A DNA stretch of 43,550 bases from a virus (Duplodnaviria; Caudoviricetes). The stretch lies in the IMG/VR virus record IMGVR_UViG_3300010376_000018, positions 1 through 43,550 of that record, one strand, 5' to 3'. Made by a program: the position numbers and the translations under genes. The notes beneath the pieces were generated by a model. That model was not told where the DNA came from. It saw nothing but the letters and a program-made list of their open reading frames with translations, and did no database searches. Position 1 is the first letter of the stretch; every line of letters begins with the position of its first letter. Positions 17,801 through 27,509 of this stretch are shown one piece after another.

Positions 17801-19738
17801 ATGGCGGACCTCACCGGACTCGGCGTTGGCGGATTTTACGGGCCGTGGCTTGCGGCCAGTGAAGGTTATCAGGACCTTCTAAAAAAGCAGTACGCCAACC
17901 AACAAGATCAAGAGGGCGATGTCCTCTTTCAACAAAGCGTGCCCGGCATCCTGCAATCGCTGGGCCCCGGTGGCTTGGCCGCGCTCGGCGGCAGCCGTGG
18001 TTTCATGCCGCCCGGTGCCCCGCCTCCGGGCGCTCCGCCGGGTCCGCTGCAGCCGCCGCCCGGCCCCGGCGACCCGCAGCTTGGGTTCAACTATCAGCCG
18101 CCATCGCAGCCGAACGTGATGCAGCCAGCGGGGCCGATGCAGGTCGGTCGCGGCCCGCCGATGTTCGGCAACACCAACTTTCCGCCCGTGCCCGGCGGTG
18201 GCCCACCCGGTAGCCAACCGGGTAGCGGTCAACCGCCGCCGAATCCAATCGCGTTGCAGCGGGTCGCGCCGCCGCCACAGCCGCCGCCTGTGCCGCCGCA
18301 GCAACAGGCCGGGGCTGCACCGCCCGGCCAGCAAACGCCTCCCGGCGGTCAACAGCAGCCCGCCATGCCGCAGGGCCTGGACTGGCGCATGATCCTGCAA
18401 AAGACCATGGAGGCAAACCCGCACGCCTCGCCGGCCGCGTTCGCGGCGGCGGTGTCGCGTTGGCTTCCGCTGATGAACAGTCAGTCGCAGATCGAATGGA
18501 AACAGGTCGAAATGCAACTGCGCCAAGATGAATTGAACGTGCAACGTGGCCGGCTGCGGGAGGAGCAACGCAAGGACGATATTTTGTATGGCACCGGGCA
18601 AGGTGCTGTTGGTCAGGCTGACCAAACACAAATCGAGGCCATCGGCACCTATCGGGCGCCGCCGCTTACGATGTCGGTTCGTAATCCACAGAACCGCGCG
18701 ATCATGGATGAAGTTTATCGGCAATACCCGGACTATCAGGTCAGTGAGTATTACAAGAAGCACACGCAGGCCGGCACCGAAGGCCGCGCGGCGGCGACCG
18801 CCGAACCTGATGAGGATCGCGCCCAGAAGATCGCCAAGCTTGAACTGCCGCCCGTGCTGGGCAGCAATCCCAAGGATCGCGCGACCATGGATCGCGTGGT
18901 GCAGATCAAGCCGGATTACAACATTGACGATTATTACAAGGGAAAAACCAGCGCACAGACAACGGGCCGCGCCGATGCGCCAGTGACCATTGATGAGGAT
19001 CGCGCCCAAAAAATCGCGCGGCTTGAAATGCCGCCGATGCTGGGCACCGATCCGGTCAGCCGCGCGACGATGAAGCGCGTTGCGGAGATCAAGCCCGACT
19101 ACAACGCGACCGACTACAACAAGGAGCGTTCGGGTGCGACCACAACCGGGCGCATGGAGGCGATGACCACGCCGCCGGCCGGCGGCCACGCCACACCCGA
19201 GTCGAAGCTGATGACCGAAAAGGCGTTCGCGCCGCAGGGTCCGAATGGCAAGATCGTCACCGCCATGAACAACGTGGTGGGCCACCTGTCGCTGTTGCGC
19301 GGTGTGGCTACCGCGCTGGACAACAAAGAGCCGAAAGCCATCAACGCGGCCAAGAATTACTTTGAGGAGAATTGGGCCGGGCAGACGGCACCCGCCAGTT
19401 TCAACGCCGTGCGTGACATCGTTGGCGACGAATTGGTCAAGGCCATTGTCGGCGGCGGCGGTGTGTTTGATCGCGCCGAAGTGCAGGAACGTCTTGGGCG
19501 GGCCCTCAACTACAAACAATTGAACGATGTCATCAACCACTATATGGGCTTGGCGGAGCGCCAATTGCAGTCGCAGAAACAGACGTACACGGCCAACTCG
19601 GATCGCACCGACTTTGACCGCTTTCTGTTGCCGGACACGGTTTCGGCGATGCAGCAAGCAAAGCGGGAGTTGGACTCCGGGGCCTCCGGGGTGCAGAAAC
19701 GGTTCCGTTATGAGGGCGGGCAGTTGGTCCCGCAGTGA
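17801..19738 (+). CDS. Ejection protein 2 with Pro-rich region and ~61-aa repeats
   Basis: 645 aa; DEDRAQKIA.LE.PP.LG..RATM.RV..IKPDYN repeats. Confidence 0.75.
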   Translation: MADLTGLGVGGFYGPWLAASEGYQDLLKKQYANQQDQEGDVLFQQSVPGILQSLGPGGLAALGGSRGFMPPGAPPPGAPPGPLQPPPGPGDPQLGFNYQPPSQPNVMQPAGPMQVGRGPPMFGNTNFPPVPGGGPPGSQPGSGQPPPNPIALQRVAPPPQPPPVPPQQQAGAAPPGQQTPPGGQQQPAMPQGLDWRMILQKTMEANPHASPAAFAAAVSRWLPLMNSQSQIEWKQVEMQLRQDELNVQRGRLREEQRKDDILYGTGQGAVGQADQTQIEAIGTYRAPPLTMSVRNPQNRAIMDEVYRQYPDYQVSEYYKKHTQAGTEGRAAATAEPDEDRAQKIAKLELPPVLGSNPKDRATMDRVVQIKPDYNIDDYYKGKTSAQTTGRADAPVTIDEDRAQKIARLEMPPMLGTDPVSRATMKRVAEIKPDYNATDYNKERSGATTTGRMEAMTTPPAGGHATPESKLMTEKAFAPQGPNGKIVTAMNNVVGHLSLLRGVATALDNKEPKAINAAKNYFEENWAGQTAPASFNAVRDIVGDELVKAIVGGGGVFDRAEVQERLGRALNYKQLNDVINHYMGLAERQLQSQKQTYTANSDRTDFDRFLLPDTVSAMQQAKRELDSGASGVQKRFRYEGGQLVPQ

Positions 19739-19741
19739 GCC

Positions 19742-21868
19742 ATGGCCGACGATGACATTGTGGTTACGGCCAAAGACGGCGCCGAAATTTCCTTCCCGAA
19801 GGACACGCCGCACGCTGACATTCTCAAGCAGATGCAGCAATACGAAATGCAGCATCGCCCGTCGCGCGGTCAGGAAGCGCGCTACGGCATCACCGATATT
19901 CCGTTTGAGATCGGCCGTGAGTATCAGTCGGCTTACCAGCCGATCAAACAATTCGGCGAATGGGCCCGTGGTGCCGGCGCCGAAACCGTGCCAAGTCCGC
20001 TATCCGATCCGCGCGGCTTTATCTCGCGCGTGCCGGAAATCGGGCGCGGCATCGGGCGCGGCGTCGAGGCGCTGGGTTCGGCCATGTACATGGGCAGCCT
20101 CTTGCCGCCGATTACGGGCGCGCTGAAATCGCTGTACGGCCATGAGGCCGAAGCGATCCTGCAAACGCCGGGCGGTTACGAACAAACAAAGCAGGACGTT
20201 GACAAGGCGATGCTGGCGATGAAGCCCGGCCCGCGTCCGGCTGTGGCAATGCCGGAACGTCCGCATTTCGGCGAATTTCGCGTGCCGACGCCGCAAGGCG
20301 AGGTCCCGCAGATCGTCGGCACCGCCGGCAAGGAACACATCGGAGCCTATCAGGATCAGACCAAAGATTTGCTTGAGGCCGCCAAGGGCGATGTGTCGAA
20401 ACGGCTCGATTATCTGTCGCAATTCCATGAAGGCCAGCGCGTCGCCACGACGCCATCGGAAGCCGGCGAAATTATTCAAAAGGGTGTGCAGCGCAAGGCG
20501 GCGGCGGCCCAGCAAGCCGCGACGGCGGCTTACGAGAATGCCAAGCTGTTCCCCGGCGAAATCAGTTCGACCGCTTTTGAGGACATGGGCGGCAACATCA
20601 AAAACGATCTCACCAACCCGACAAAGCGCGGACAACAGCCGGTCATCATCAACAACGATGCCGGCGACATGCCGGTTGCGACCCGCATGATCGGACACAT
20701 TGACGATAGCGTGTCGCGTTTGAAGATTCAGAACCTCGCCGATCCGCAGGCACCGCCCAAGCCGGTTACACCGGGCAGCGAGTCGACGCCGGGCCTGTAC
20801 TGGCCGCCCGGCACCAAGCCGAAACCGCCGCAGCAGATCGTCGGCGTCAGCCTCAAGGGCGTCGACCAGATGCGCAAGACTCTGGTCAGCATGAATGCCG
20901 ATGCGCAGGCAGCGCGCCACGTGCGGCCGGCGGACGCGCGGGCGACGCAAGCGATCCTCGACGCCTTCGATCAGCGGGTGCATCAGGCCGTCAACTCCGG
21001 ACTGTTCCGGGGCGATCCGCGCGCCGTACAGGCATGGAATAATGCGCGCAAGATGTGGGCGAAGTACCGCGGCACCTATTCGGGCGGCCGGCGCAACACG
21101 CCGGTTGGCAACATCGTTGAACAGATCATCGGCAACAAGACTGACGCCATGGCAACCGGGCACGATGTCGCCAACTTCGCCTATGGCAGCAACGACACGG
21201 CGATTGCGCGCGGCACCAACGTTGGCGTGCTCAAGCGGCTCAAGGGTATTTTCGGCGAACACTCGCACGAATGGGCGGCGACGCGGCAGGGACTTTTTGA
21301 GAAGTTGGTGACGCCGACACAGGGCGAATGGAATAAGCCGCGCAAAGTCGCCGAACGGATCGAACGATTTTTGGACGGCGACGGTCGCGAAATGGCGAAC
21401 GTGGTTTACACGCCGGAACAGCGCGACATGCTGCGGCGCTTCGCGCAACTGCATCGTCAAGTCGAAATCACGCGCGGCGGCCCGGATGAGGGTTTCGCCA
21501 AGGCGCTGACCGACAAGATCAGTCACTACATCGGCCTGATTATCGGCGGCGGCTTGGCACACGGCGGCCTGCACGGCGTCGCGCGCATCGTGCCCGTGGT
21601 CGCCGCCGGCCGCATGGCCTCCGTGCTACAGGGCGCGCAGGAAGCCAAGACCATCGCCGAAAAGCTACCGCTGGTGACGCAACGCATCGCCGACTGGCAG
21701 CGCGCCACCAAGCTGGCGCAAACCTACAACAAGGCGCGTTTCAAGGTGCAGGCGATGGCGGCGCAGGCGGCGGTCGGCCGCGCCATCAGCGAACTTGGCA
21801 TTCCCGGCGAAGCGCCGCCCGACAGCGAGGAGGAGGCCGCACCGCAGTACGGCGGCCCGCAACAGTAA
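19742..21868 (+). CDS. Ejection protein 3
   Basis: 708 aa helical protein with C-terminal G-rich hydrophobic segment. Confidence 0.7.
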   Translation: MADDDIVVTAKDGAEISFPKDTPHADILKQMQQYEMQHRPSRGQEARYGITDIPFEIGREYQSAYQPIKQFGEWARGAGAETVPSPLSDPRGFISRVPEIGRGIGRGVEALGSAMYMGSLLPPITGALKSLYGHEAEAILQTPGGYEQTKQDVDKAMLAMKPGPRPAVAMPERPHFGEFRVPTPQGEVPQIVGTAGKEHIGAYQDQTKDLLEAAKGDVSKRLDYLSQFHEGQRVATTPSEAGEIIQKGVQRKAAAAQQAATAAYENAKLFPGEISSTAFEDMGGNIKNDLTNPTKRGQQPVIINNDAGDMPVATRMIGHIDDSVSRLKIQNLADPQAPPKPVTPGSESTPGLYWPPGTKPKPPQQIVGVSLKGVDQMRKTLVSMNADAQAARHVRPADARATQAILDAFDQRVHQAVNSGLFRGDPRAVQAWNNARKMWAKYRGTYSGGRRNTPVGNIVEQIIGNKTDAMATGHDVANFAYGSNDTAIARGTNVGVLKRLKGIFGEHSHEWAATRQGLFEKLVTPTQGEWNKPRKVAERIERFLDGDGREMANVVYTPEQRDMLRRFAQLHRQVEITRGGPDEGFAKALTDKISHYIGLIIGGGLAHGGLHGVARIVPVVAAGRMASVLQGAQEAKTIAEKLPLVTQRIADWQRATKLAQTYNKARFKVQAMAAQAAVGRAISELGIPGEAPPDSEEEAAPQYGGPQQ

Positions 21869-23202
21869 TGCGCCTCCTCGTTATCGACGTGCAAGGCAAT
21901 GCGTTGGATTTTTGCTTGCGCGAACAGGCCGCCGGCCATGAAGTGAAATGGTTCATCCGGCAGACGCCAAAGACCGAACACGTCGGACGCGGCCTGATTG
22001 ACATCGTGCCCGAATATCAGAAGTGGTTGCTGTGGTCGGATTGCATCTTTTGCAGCGACAATACCATGTACCTGCGGGACCTCGACGCGTTTCGCAAGGA
22101 GCATGGCGGCGCCGTGATCGCGCCGTCGCAGGAGGCGGCACAATGGGAAATCGACCGCAAGGCAGGGCAGGATGTGTTCAAGAAAGCCGGCATCGCCACG
22201 ATAGCCGGCAAGGAATTTACCGACTACGACTCGGCAATCGCTCACGTCAAAAGGCGTGATGAACGCTTTGTGTCGAAACCGTCCGGCAACGTCGAGGATA
22301 AGGCGCTATCGTATGTCAGCAAATCGCCGTCCGATATGGTGTATATGCTTGAGCGATGGAAAAAGCTTGGCAAGCTGAAAAGCTCATTCATCCTGCAAGA
22401 GTTTGTCGGCGGCACCGAAATGGCGGTCGGCGGTTGGTTCGGGCCGCACGGTTTCAGCGCCGGCTGGTGCGAAAATTTCGAGTTCAAGAAGTTGATGAAC
22501 GGCGATCTCGGCGTGGCGACCGGCGAACAGGGCACGGTGTTGCGCGTGGTCAAGGCATCGAAGCTCGCTCGCAAGGTGCTTGAGCCACTGACCGACGCCC
22601 TGCACAAACTCGATTACGTCGGCTATGTTGATGTCAACACCATCATTGACGACAAAGGCCAGCCGTGGCCGCTTGAGTTCACCATGCGCCCCGGCTGGCC
22701 GACGCTCAACATTCAGCAGCCGCTGTATAACGGGAGTTTCGCGGAATGCCTCGCAAATTTGGCGCAGGGGATAGATCAAAAAAACTGGATCATGGACAAG
22801 ATCGCCGTGGGCGTGGTGCTGTCGATTCCCGATTACCCGTACAGCCACCTGACCCGCCGGGAAGTGGTGGGGATTCCGATTTACGGGTTGACACAAGCCT
22901 TATGGAAGCATTGGCATCCAGGGGAGATGAAGCTCGGCGAGGACGTGCCGCAGGTCGCGGGCGGTCAGTACCTGAAAACGCCGATGCCGGTGACGGCGGG
23001 GGATTACATCGGCGTGATGACGGCGGTGAGCGACAACGTGAAAGACGCGGCCCTGACCTGCTACCGCCGCCTCGACAAGCTGATAATCCCCAACTCGCCG
23101 ATGTGGCGGACGGACATCGGCAAGAAGCTGGCGAAGCAGTTGCCGAAGATTCAGACGCATGGCTTCGCGACGGCGATGGAATACTCGCGACCAAACTCGT
23201 AG
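21868..23202 (+). CDS. PurD/GARS-like ATP-grasp ligase (divergent)
   Basis: WEIDRK..FKKAGI, VSKPSG, ILQEFVGGTE, KKLMNGDLGVATGEQG, PLEFTMRPGWP; TAATG-coupled to ejection gene. Confidence 0.85.
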   Translation: MRLLVIDVQGNALDFCLREQAAGHEVKWFIRQTPKTEHVGRGLIDIVPEYQKWLLWSDCIFCSDNTMYLRDLDAFRKEHGGAVIAPSQEAAQWEIDRKAGQDVFKKAGIATIAGKEFTDYDSAIAHVKRRDERFVSKPSGNVEDKALSYVSKSPSDMVYMLERWKKLGKLKSSFILQEFVGGTEMAVGGWFGPHGFSAGWCENFEFKKLMNGDLGVATGEQGTVLRVVKASKLARKVLEPLTDALHKLDYVGYVDVNTIIDDKGQPWPLEFTMRPGWPTLNIQQPLYNGSFAECLANLAQGIDQKNWIMDKIAVGVVLSIPDYPYSHLTRREVVGIPIYGLTQALWKHWHPGEMKLGEDVPQVAGGQYLKTPMPVTAGDYIGVMTAVSDNVKDAALTCYRRLDKLIIPNSPMWRTDIGKKLAKQLPKIQTHGFATAMEYSRPNS

Positions 23203-23435
23203 AAGGCGCGCGTCTGTCGCTCGATTGGTGCAATGAGATTTTGCAGCGCCCGCTGCCGCGATCCGGCAACGATCCGACATTCGCGGGCATCGTGCGGGCC
23301 AAGAGCGCGGCGGCGCAGACGGTGCTGACATTGGTGGGGCGGGTCAACGACCAAGAATTGCGCAAGCGTGCCCTTGATCGTTTGCCCGACTTGTTGAAGA
23401 TCATTCAGCAAGAGGAATTGAAGGCGGTCAATTAA
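23103..23435 (+). CDS. Helical hypothetical protein (start uncertain)
   Basis: Protein-like C-terminal frame LATKLVEGARLSLD..EIL..DRLPDLLKII; GTG 23103 assumed. Confidence 0.55.
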   Translation: MADGHRQEAGEAVAEDSDAWLRDGDGILATKLVEGARLSLDWCNEILQRPLPRSGNDPTFAGIVRAKSAAAQTVLTLVGRVNDQELRKRALDRLPDLLKIIQQEELKAVN

Positions 23436-23683
23436 AGCTGGGCAAGATCGTCGCTAAACTCTTGATCCCGGATTTTGTGCCACTCGGCGGCGGTTAGCTT
23501 GACCTTGGCGCCTTCCTCACGGGTCAACTTACGCGGCTTGAGAAGATGCTTTTTCCGTGCCCGCAGCTTATCGATGGCCGCAACGGCGCGGCTCAACTTG
23601 GCGTGCCAGCGTTCCAGACTGTCGGCGATGTGCGATAGCTCGGCGTTTTGTTTCTCAAGTCGCTTGGTGATCTTGTCGTCCAT
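23432..23683 (-). CDS. Coiled-coil hypothetical protein
   Basis: GGAG RBS, MDDKITKRLEK. Confidence 0.7.
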   Translation of the reverse strand: MDDKITKRLEKQNAELSHIADSLERWHAKLSRAVAAIDKLRARKKHLLKPRKLTREEGAKVKLTAAEWHKIRDQEFSDDLAQL

Positions 23684-23826
23684 GTCTCGCTCCGTTGTTT
23701 GACGATGCGAGAGTCTAACACGAAAAAAATGGCGACCCTTCCAAACACGGTTGAGTCGCCAAGTCAGCCTCTGATTCAACAAGCAAACAAATTTCCAAAA
23801 CGATGAATTACTCGGTTGTGTGCAAC

Positions 23827-24009
23827 CTACTTTTTGGCAAGGTGCCCGCCGAACTCTTGATCCTTGAAGCCAAGCGGATAGAAGTAGTCGACCCAACGCG
23901 CGGGCCCGCCCCCGAAGATCAAAAGAGGGGTGAACAACAACAAGATAATGATGATCGGCAGCAGCCAGAATTTTTTGCGCACCCGCAGGAAGCGCCACAG
24001 TTCAAGCAT
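23827..24009 (-). CDS. DUF5989-like small membrane protein
   Basis: MLELWRFLRVRKKFWLLPIIIILLLF signature; GGAGGAG RBS. Confidence 0.75.
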   Translation of the reverse strand: MLELWRFLRVRKKFWLLPIIIILLLFTPLLIFGGGPARWVDYFYPLGFKDQEFGGHLAKK

Positions 24010-24011
24010 CG

Positions 24012-24119
24012 TCACCACCACACTCCTCCTCCGTAAATTGCCGGAAACCATTCCAGTTCGATGATCGCCACGCAAAGCAACGCCCAAACCGCGACGATCA
24101 GGGCGAGGTCGCGGATCAT
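24012..24119 (-). CDS. 35-aa membrane peptide
   Basis: MIRDLALIVAVWALLCVAIIELEWFPAIYGGGVWW, ATGA-coupled; below ORF-track cutoff. Confidence 0.5.
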   Translation of the reverse strand: MIRDLALIVAVWALLCVAIIELEWFPAIYGGGVWW

Positions 24120-24502
24120 GTTTTGTGTCCGTTGGTTTTCTTTTTCCGTTGCCTTGCCCGCTGTTCGGCGGTGCGCAACAGCCAATTGGCTTGCTTCTCG
24201 GCCTCCTCTTTCGGGTCGATGTCGCGCGCCTTTTTGTAGCCGGGTACGACCGTGCCGTCCGCTTTCATTTCATCGTGGCGGACATAGCCCAGCGCGGCGG
24301 TGACGGCGGTTGCGGTCGCATTCTGCGGCCGCTGTGTGGTGCCATCGAACCAATTGTCGAGGGTTGCCGTCGCAACGCCGCTGACCGCATGAACGTCGGA
24401 ATTTTTTAGATGTTCCTCGCGCTGCACGACTGACCGCAGCGCGTCGATAAGTGGGTCCTTATCAATGAAGCGATATGTCCGATAGAGCGACACGCGCGCC
24501 AT
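24116..24502 (-). CDS. XRE-like HTH protein
   Basis: SGVATATLDNWFDGTTQRPQNAT. Confidence 0.75.
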   Translation of the reverse strand: MARVSLYRTYRFIDKDPLIDALRSVVQREEHLKNSDVHAVSGVATATLDNWFDGTTQRPQNATATAVTAALGYVRHDEMKADGTVVPGYKKARDIDPKEEAEKQANWLLRTAEQRARQRKKKTNGHKT

Positions 24503-24505
24503 GGG

Positions 24506-24949
24506 TTATTCCTTCTTTTGGTTGACTTGTGCTTGGCCTTTGGTGGTGAGGGCGTAAAGGTGATTTTCGTCCGCCTTTTTAAGTAGACTCGAATGCTGCA
24601 ATAAGTGCAAAGATGATGGGACCGAACCGGGCGCGCGGCCGTCGCGCTCAAAAGCCGTTTCCATTTGTTTTTGCGTCATTGGCCCGTTGGCGCCCAGCGT
24701 CCGAAGCAAAAACTTGGCGCCGGTTTCGCCGCCATGTTTGGTTGTCTTTTTCGGCTTGCGATTTGCCCGGCTGGGCGGGGGCAGGGCCAGCGGCTCGCGT
24801 CCCTGGCGCTTGCGCCCCTGCCCGTTCGGAAGCAGTTGAGTAAAATCCGCTTCGATGTCTTTTGCCCACGGCATCCGGTGCAGCACCCGCAATGCCCCGA
24901 TCACGTCGGTATCCTCAACCTTGAGGACGATTTCAAAAAGCTTTGCCAT
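24506..24949 (-). CDS. Winged-helix domain protein
   Basis: C-terminal LLRTL..GPMT..YALTTKG. Confidence 0.65.
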   Translation of the reverse strand: MAKLFEIVLKVEDTDVIGALRVLHRMPWAKDIEADFTQLLPNGQGRKRQGREPLALPPPSRANRKPKKTTKHGGETGAKFLLRTLGANGPMTQKQMETAFERDGRAPGSVPSSLHLLQHSSLLKKADENHLYALTTKGQAQVNQKKE

Positions 24950-24972
24950 CGTTGTACCCTCTCAAAAGCCTA

Positions 24973-24987
24973 TAAAGGAAAGCTTTA
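24973..24987. promoter_or_regulatory. Operator variant
   Basis: TAAAGGAAAGCTTTA upstream of 24949. Confidence 0.45.
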
Positions 24988-25017
24988 CAGGAATATCAAC
25001 CGCAATTCAAACGGGAA

Positions 25018-25039
25018 CAGGCGGCGCCTTCGCCGCCTG
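25018..25039 (-). terminator. Hairpin terminator
   Basis: CAGGCGGCG-CCTT-CGCCGCCTG after stop at 25072. Confidence 0.55.
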
Positions 25040-25071
25040 GAACTTTGTCTGATGGCCGACATTGGCGCGAA

Positions 25072-25743
25072 TTAACCGGCCGGCAACAATGGCATGGCGC
25101 GGTCGCGCTGCTGGGCGAGGGCGGCGATGGCTTCGCGGCCTTCGCGCTCCGCCATGTCCTGCAACAGCGGGTAGCCACTTTCAATCGCGACCATCACTTC
25201 GGCGCGCGTCGCCTCACGGCCTTGCGTGTACCAAATCGTTCGTTCCGGTTCGCCCAGCGCGAACAGCACGCCCGCATTGCCGGCGTGCGGCCGGAACGGC
25301 TTGTAGCTCCGTGTCACCCACACGCACATGACGCCGGGGTTGCGGTCGATATGCAGCCCAGCCGCCGGCACGCCTTGCTCTGGCAAGTCTTTCTCGTTGC
25401 GCCTCATGCGCGGGCGCGTCAGGAACGGGCACGCCGTCGCCGAGAAGATCGCGCAATCCAGATGGCTCGGAGGCTCGCTGATGATGCGGTTGATCGCACA
25501 CATCGGGCCGATGACGAACGCCTTGTGGACACCCATTGTCTCGCCGCAGACCCAGCAGCGATTTTGATTGACCGCGACCGGTATCTTGCGGGCGTCGATG
25601 ACGCGGAAATCCGGCTCGCCGTCGCCGTAGCTGGTCGGCTCGCCGTCCTTGAACCACTGCACGAACCACGGCACCGGAAAGCCGCGATGGTCGACGGGCA
25701 GCTTGACGATGCGGATCGGCAGCGGCGGCAGCGGCTGGGTCAT
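25072..25743 (-). CDS. Conserved Cys/His (Zn-binding) hypothetical protein
   Basis: RGFPVPWF..CWVCG..PPSHLDCA..CPFL. Confidence 0.8.
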   Translation of the reverse strand: MTQPLPPLPIRIVKLPVDHRGFPVPWFVQWFKDGEPTSYGDGEPDFRVIDARKIPVAVNQNRCWVCGETMGVHKAFVIGPMCAINRIISEPPSHLDCAIFSATACPFLTRPRMRRNEKDLPEQGVPAAGLHIDRNPGVMCVWVTRSYKPFRPHAGNAGVLFALGEPERTIWYTQGREATRAEVMVAIESGYPLLQDMAEREGREAIAALAQQRDRAMPLLPAG

Positions 25744-26015
25744 GGCGTGTTCCTTGCGGCGTCGGCGGCGCGGTCGAACAGTTTCGACACCACGTCATAG
25801 AAGTCGGTCGGGCCGCCCGGCGGGACCGGCGGCGGCACGTAGCGGGCGCTTTCATACCCGGTGCCCTTCATCGCCGCCCAGAAGGCCAAGGGTGCGCGAA
25901 CGGTGTCAAGGCCGATCAGATGGCTGTCGCGCCACACCACCATCGCAGCGGCGCTGTGGGCCCGGCGGAAGCGGTCGCCGCAGGCAGTGATGTGCGTGCG
26001 CTCGCGCTTGTTCAT
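25740..26015 (-). CDS. Hypothetical protein
   Basis: 91 aa, coupled to 25743. Confidence 0.55.
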   Translation of the reverse strand: MNKRERTHITACGDRFRRAHSAAAMVVWRDSHLIGLDTVRAPLAFWAAMKGTGYESARYVPPPVPPGGPTDFYDVVSKLFDRAADAARNTP

Positions 26016-26062
26016 TTATGACACTAACCTATTTGAGCAAGCTCATGTGTCCAATTTGCGAA

Positions 26063-26187
26063 GCGGATGACTGGCAACGACATTGAAGTAACTGAGGTTT
26101 TCCGTTTCGACATATTTGTAGGATGGCGATTTTGCCGTTGTTTTCGTTGAAGTTTTTCGGCCTGCCAGTCATTTGCCAGTCATCCGC
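26063..26187. other. attP-like region with integrase arm-type repeats
   Basis: 15-bp inverted repeat GCGGATGACTGGCAA (26063-77)/TTGCCAGTCATCCGC (26173-87), extra TGCCAGTCAT (26163-72), AT-rich core, just downstream of int. Confidence 0.7.
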
Positions 26188-26207
26188 GTTCGCGGTGCGT
26201 TTTACGA

Positions 26208-27497
26208 CTATTCCGTCTCGGTTTTGTTCAGCGCAGCCAACACTTCATCAATCGCCGCGTTGCTGCCTTTCCAGTAGTGATTTTGGATCATCTGTTCGCT
26301 GCCGTGCGTCGAAAACGCCTGCACCTTTTTGGTTGCCACGTCGGCGTTGATGGCGGCGGTAATGGCGCCGTGGCGGTTGTGGCGATTCTTGACGCTATCC
26401 GGCACGCCGGCCGCCTTCTTGATCTTGGTCCAACACTTGCGAAAGCCACTTGCATCGTAAGGCAGGCCGGTCGCTGAATTGACGATAACGGGGCCGGCGG
26501 ACGGCAACGGTTGCGGCAATCGTGCAAGCTCCGCCATGATCGCATTGGATAGGCGGACGTTGCCTGCCCATCGTTCGCCGGTCTTGGATGTTTTAACATC
26601 CAAGATCAGCTTGTCGCCAACCTCGCGAAACTTATTCCAGCGCAGGCCGCGCATCCATTTGAGGTCGCCGCGCACGATGTCACTCACGCCGGGGTCGGAC
26701 TTCGGCACCCACTCGCCGATGATGTCTTTCTGACGCAGGCCGGTTTGAAACTGGATCGCCTGCGCCAGCGCAATGACGGGGTAACCCATTTCGTGTGCCT
26801 TGCGCCGGATCGCATCAGACTGCGCCGCTGTCATAAAATTTTCGTCGGCAGGGCTGTTGGTGTCATCCTCGACGGATGCGATTTTCTGTTTCGGCATCCG
26901 CTTGAGTTTCAGCAGCGCGACGGCGCAGCCGTCATCTTCAAGATAGCCAGCGCCGAAACCAAGCAAGATGTTGACCATGGAAAGTCTCTGCCCAACCATC
27001 GACTCGCCGGTAACGCCGTCGCGCTTGGCGCGCTCGCCGTCGCGGATTTTGGCAAGCCACGTTTCGCGCCAAGCATCCAACACGCTTGGCTTGATGTCGG
27101 CGGCGCGAAACGTGGCGTGATCGTCAACGAGTGTTTTGTTGAGCGCCGCATAATTTTGCCGTGTTGACAAGCGGCGATCTTTGTAAGCCCGGCTTGCTTC
27201 ATACAAGATAACAAGGCTCTTGATCGAACCATCGAAGCCGGTCGGGGCCGGCGGGGGCCCGCCGTTAGCAAACTCCAACATCGCGCGCTGCAACGCGTTG
27301 CAGCGATCTTTTATTTGTTCGATTTGACTCGGCGTCGGTGTGTCGCCGCAGACAAGGATACGCTCGCTCTTGGGAACAAATTTGCGCTTGGCGATGTCGG
27401 TGCGGCACTGCCATGTCGCGGTCCAGCCGTTGGCGGACTTGCGCCAGATCAGCCCCGGCGCGTTGTCGATTTTTGGCTTGTCGTGACTGTTCGTCAT
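26208..27497 (-). CDS. int: Tyrosine integrase
   Basis: TGLR, KTSKTG, HNRH, STH and Y catalytic residues. Confidence 0.9.
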   Translation of the reverse strand: MTNSHDKPKIDNAPGLIWRKSANGWTATWQCRTDIAKRKFVPKSERILVCGDTPTPSQIEQIKDRCNALQRAMLEFANGGPPPAPTGFDGSIKSLVILYEASRAYKDRRLSTRQNYAALNKTLVDDHATFRAADIKPSVLDAWRETWLAKIRDGERAKRDGVTGESMVGQRLSMVNILLGFGAGYLEDDGCAVALLKLKRMPKQKIASVEDDTNSPADENFMTAAQSDAIRRKAHEMGYPVIALAQAIQFQTGLRQKDIIGEWVPKSDPGVSDIVRGDLKWMRGLRWNKFREVGDKLILDVKTSKTGERWAGNVRLSNAIMAELARLPQPLPSAGPVIVNSATGLPYDASGFRKCWTKIKKAAGVPDSVKNRHNRHGAITAAINADVATKKVQAFSTHGSEQMIQNHYWKGSNAAIDEVLAALNKTETE

Positions 27498-27509
27498 GGT
27501 GGTATCTCC

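Noticed and set aside
17879-21574. Long antisense ORFs (690 aa, 524 aa; also 3756-5165, 10661-11761, 14640-15734)
   Set aside because: Shadow frames of GC-rich coding genes with no motifs or RBS
21868-23202. Annotating as purD auxiliary metabolic gene
   Set aside because: Substrate-binding motifs differ from PurD, no other purine genes, and it is coupled to virion genes
26095-26135. dif/XerCD site as the integration core
   Set aside because: No recognisable XerD arm, and the phage encodes its own integrase with arm-type repeats
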